This document shows, piece by piece, positions 63,236-64,000 of a stretch of 64,000 nucleotides of DNA. Under the pieces are notes generated by a model that had not been told where the DNA came from, searched no databases, and saw nothing but the letters and a program-made list of their open reading frames with translations. Positions within the stretch are counted from its first letter, which is position 1. The number at the start of each line of letters is the position of its first letter. The position numbers and the translations under genes were made by a program. Source of the stretch: Guillardia theta CCMP2712 (taxonomy: Eukaryota; Protista; Cryptophyta); assembly GCF_000315625.1 (NCBI RefSeq), contig NW_005434663.1, positions 310,001 through 374,000 of the forward strand. The letters are read 5' to 3'.

Positions 63236-63616
63236 CCAGACATAGTTGTTCTCTACTCAAAGTTTTTCTCACTTCACTGGTTCTACTGCACAACCTCCTC
63301 TGTCATTGCTTCTCTTCCATCATAACATCGAACCAACATGATCAATACCATTCAGATTCACCATCTCAAGAATCTCTCTCCGCCTCTCTCTTTCATCTCT
63401 CTTCCCTCCCCTCAAACCCTGGCCTGACCCTGCATTGATCCTGCAGCCGCTGGCCGGGGCCCGGCCGCGCCCGGTTCAAGCCTTGAGGCTAGCTAGTAAA
63501 ACCCCACTGCTAAGACTGGAGTCTGAGAGCTGCAGTAGTGTGCACGGACAGGGTAGGGACATATTCGCTTTAAATTAGGACTTGACTCAATGATTCTCAT
63601 GGCTTGAGCACCCCTC

Positions 63617-64000
63617 TCAAGAATTCGCTTGCAGCCCGACACAGAAGGGAATGTAATACAAGCCTGTCAGCCGCAATGGGCGTTGCCGGCGTTTTGGGCA
63701 TACGCGATTGAGGAGGGGGGAGAAACAACGGAAAGAGAAGGAGAGTTGGGAAACAGGCTCTTGGAGCTCAAGACAGACCTCTTGCACCTCTTCTTGCGAA
63801 GCTCGGAGGATCAACTTGGTTCTGAGAGCAGAGGTCCAAAGAGTGAAACTCCTCAGTCGTTCCTTGCAAGTTTCCAGCTCCACAACACTATTTGACGTTG
63901 AACGCACACAACGAATCTTGTGAGATTCTCCCATTGCCAGTTTGTGCCCCATTAAATCCCACACGAACATGATTTATCGCGTTTTGCACGCAGCTAAGTT
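63617..64000 (-). CDS. Probable 3' part of a gene continuing beyond the window
   Basis: ORF and splice-like pattern only; strand and product uncertain. Confidence 0.25.

Noticed and set aside
63450-63500. GGTTCAAG as a tRNA T-loop
   Set aside because: No cloverleaf or A-box is apparent; it is part of a GC-rich upstream tract.

Overview
Gene-dense, intron-rich eukaryotic nuclear DNA with short (~45-75 nt) GT-AG introns, purine/pyrimidine microsatellites in longer introns, and signal+transit-type N-termini. The style suggests a cryptophyte alga (Guillardia/Hanusia-like); this is inference only. Manual splicing across the ORF track gives about 19 genes, mostly in head-to-head pairs: a secreted LamG/Ig-like/2xLysM protein, an atypical MAPK-like kinase, an MgtE-type transporter, an M18 aspartyl aminopeptidase, an importin-beta (transportin-3/importin-13-like), a divergent ALDH, a Reeler-like/Cys-rich surface protein, a 2xPH + DUF898-like membrane protein, a signal-peptide-bearing malic-enzyme homologue with degenerate catalytic motifs, a single-domain voltage-gated channel with a TFDDWAS filter, a giant IQ-repeat protein, a Lon-N/PA-domain divergent pair, a TM-coiled coil-collagen-C-type lectin protein, an EF-hand protein and several hypotheticals. 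A recent ~3.2-kb tandem duplication (31126-34279 / 34292-37505) has a templated 12-nt junction. The most striking items are the collectin/scavenger-receptor-like gene, the pseudo-malic enzyme, the Ca-type single-domain channel and a recurrent TACCCC/GGGGTA motif upstream of genes. No rRNA, tRNA, CRISPR array or recognisable transposon was found. Exon boundaries were read by eye and gene ends are approximate unless stated.
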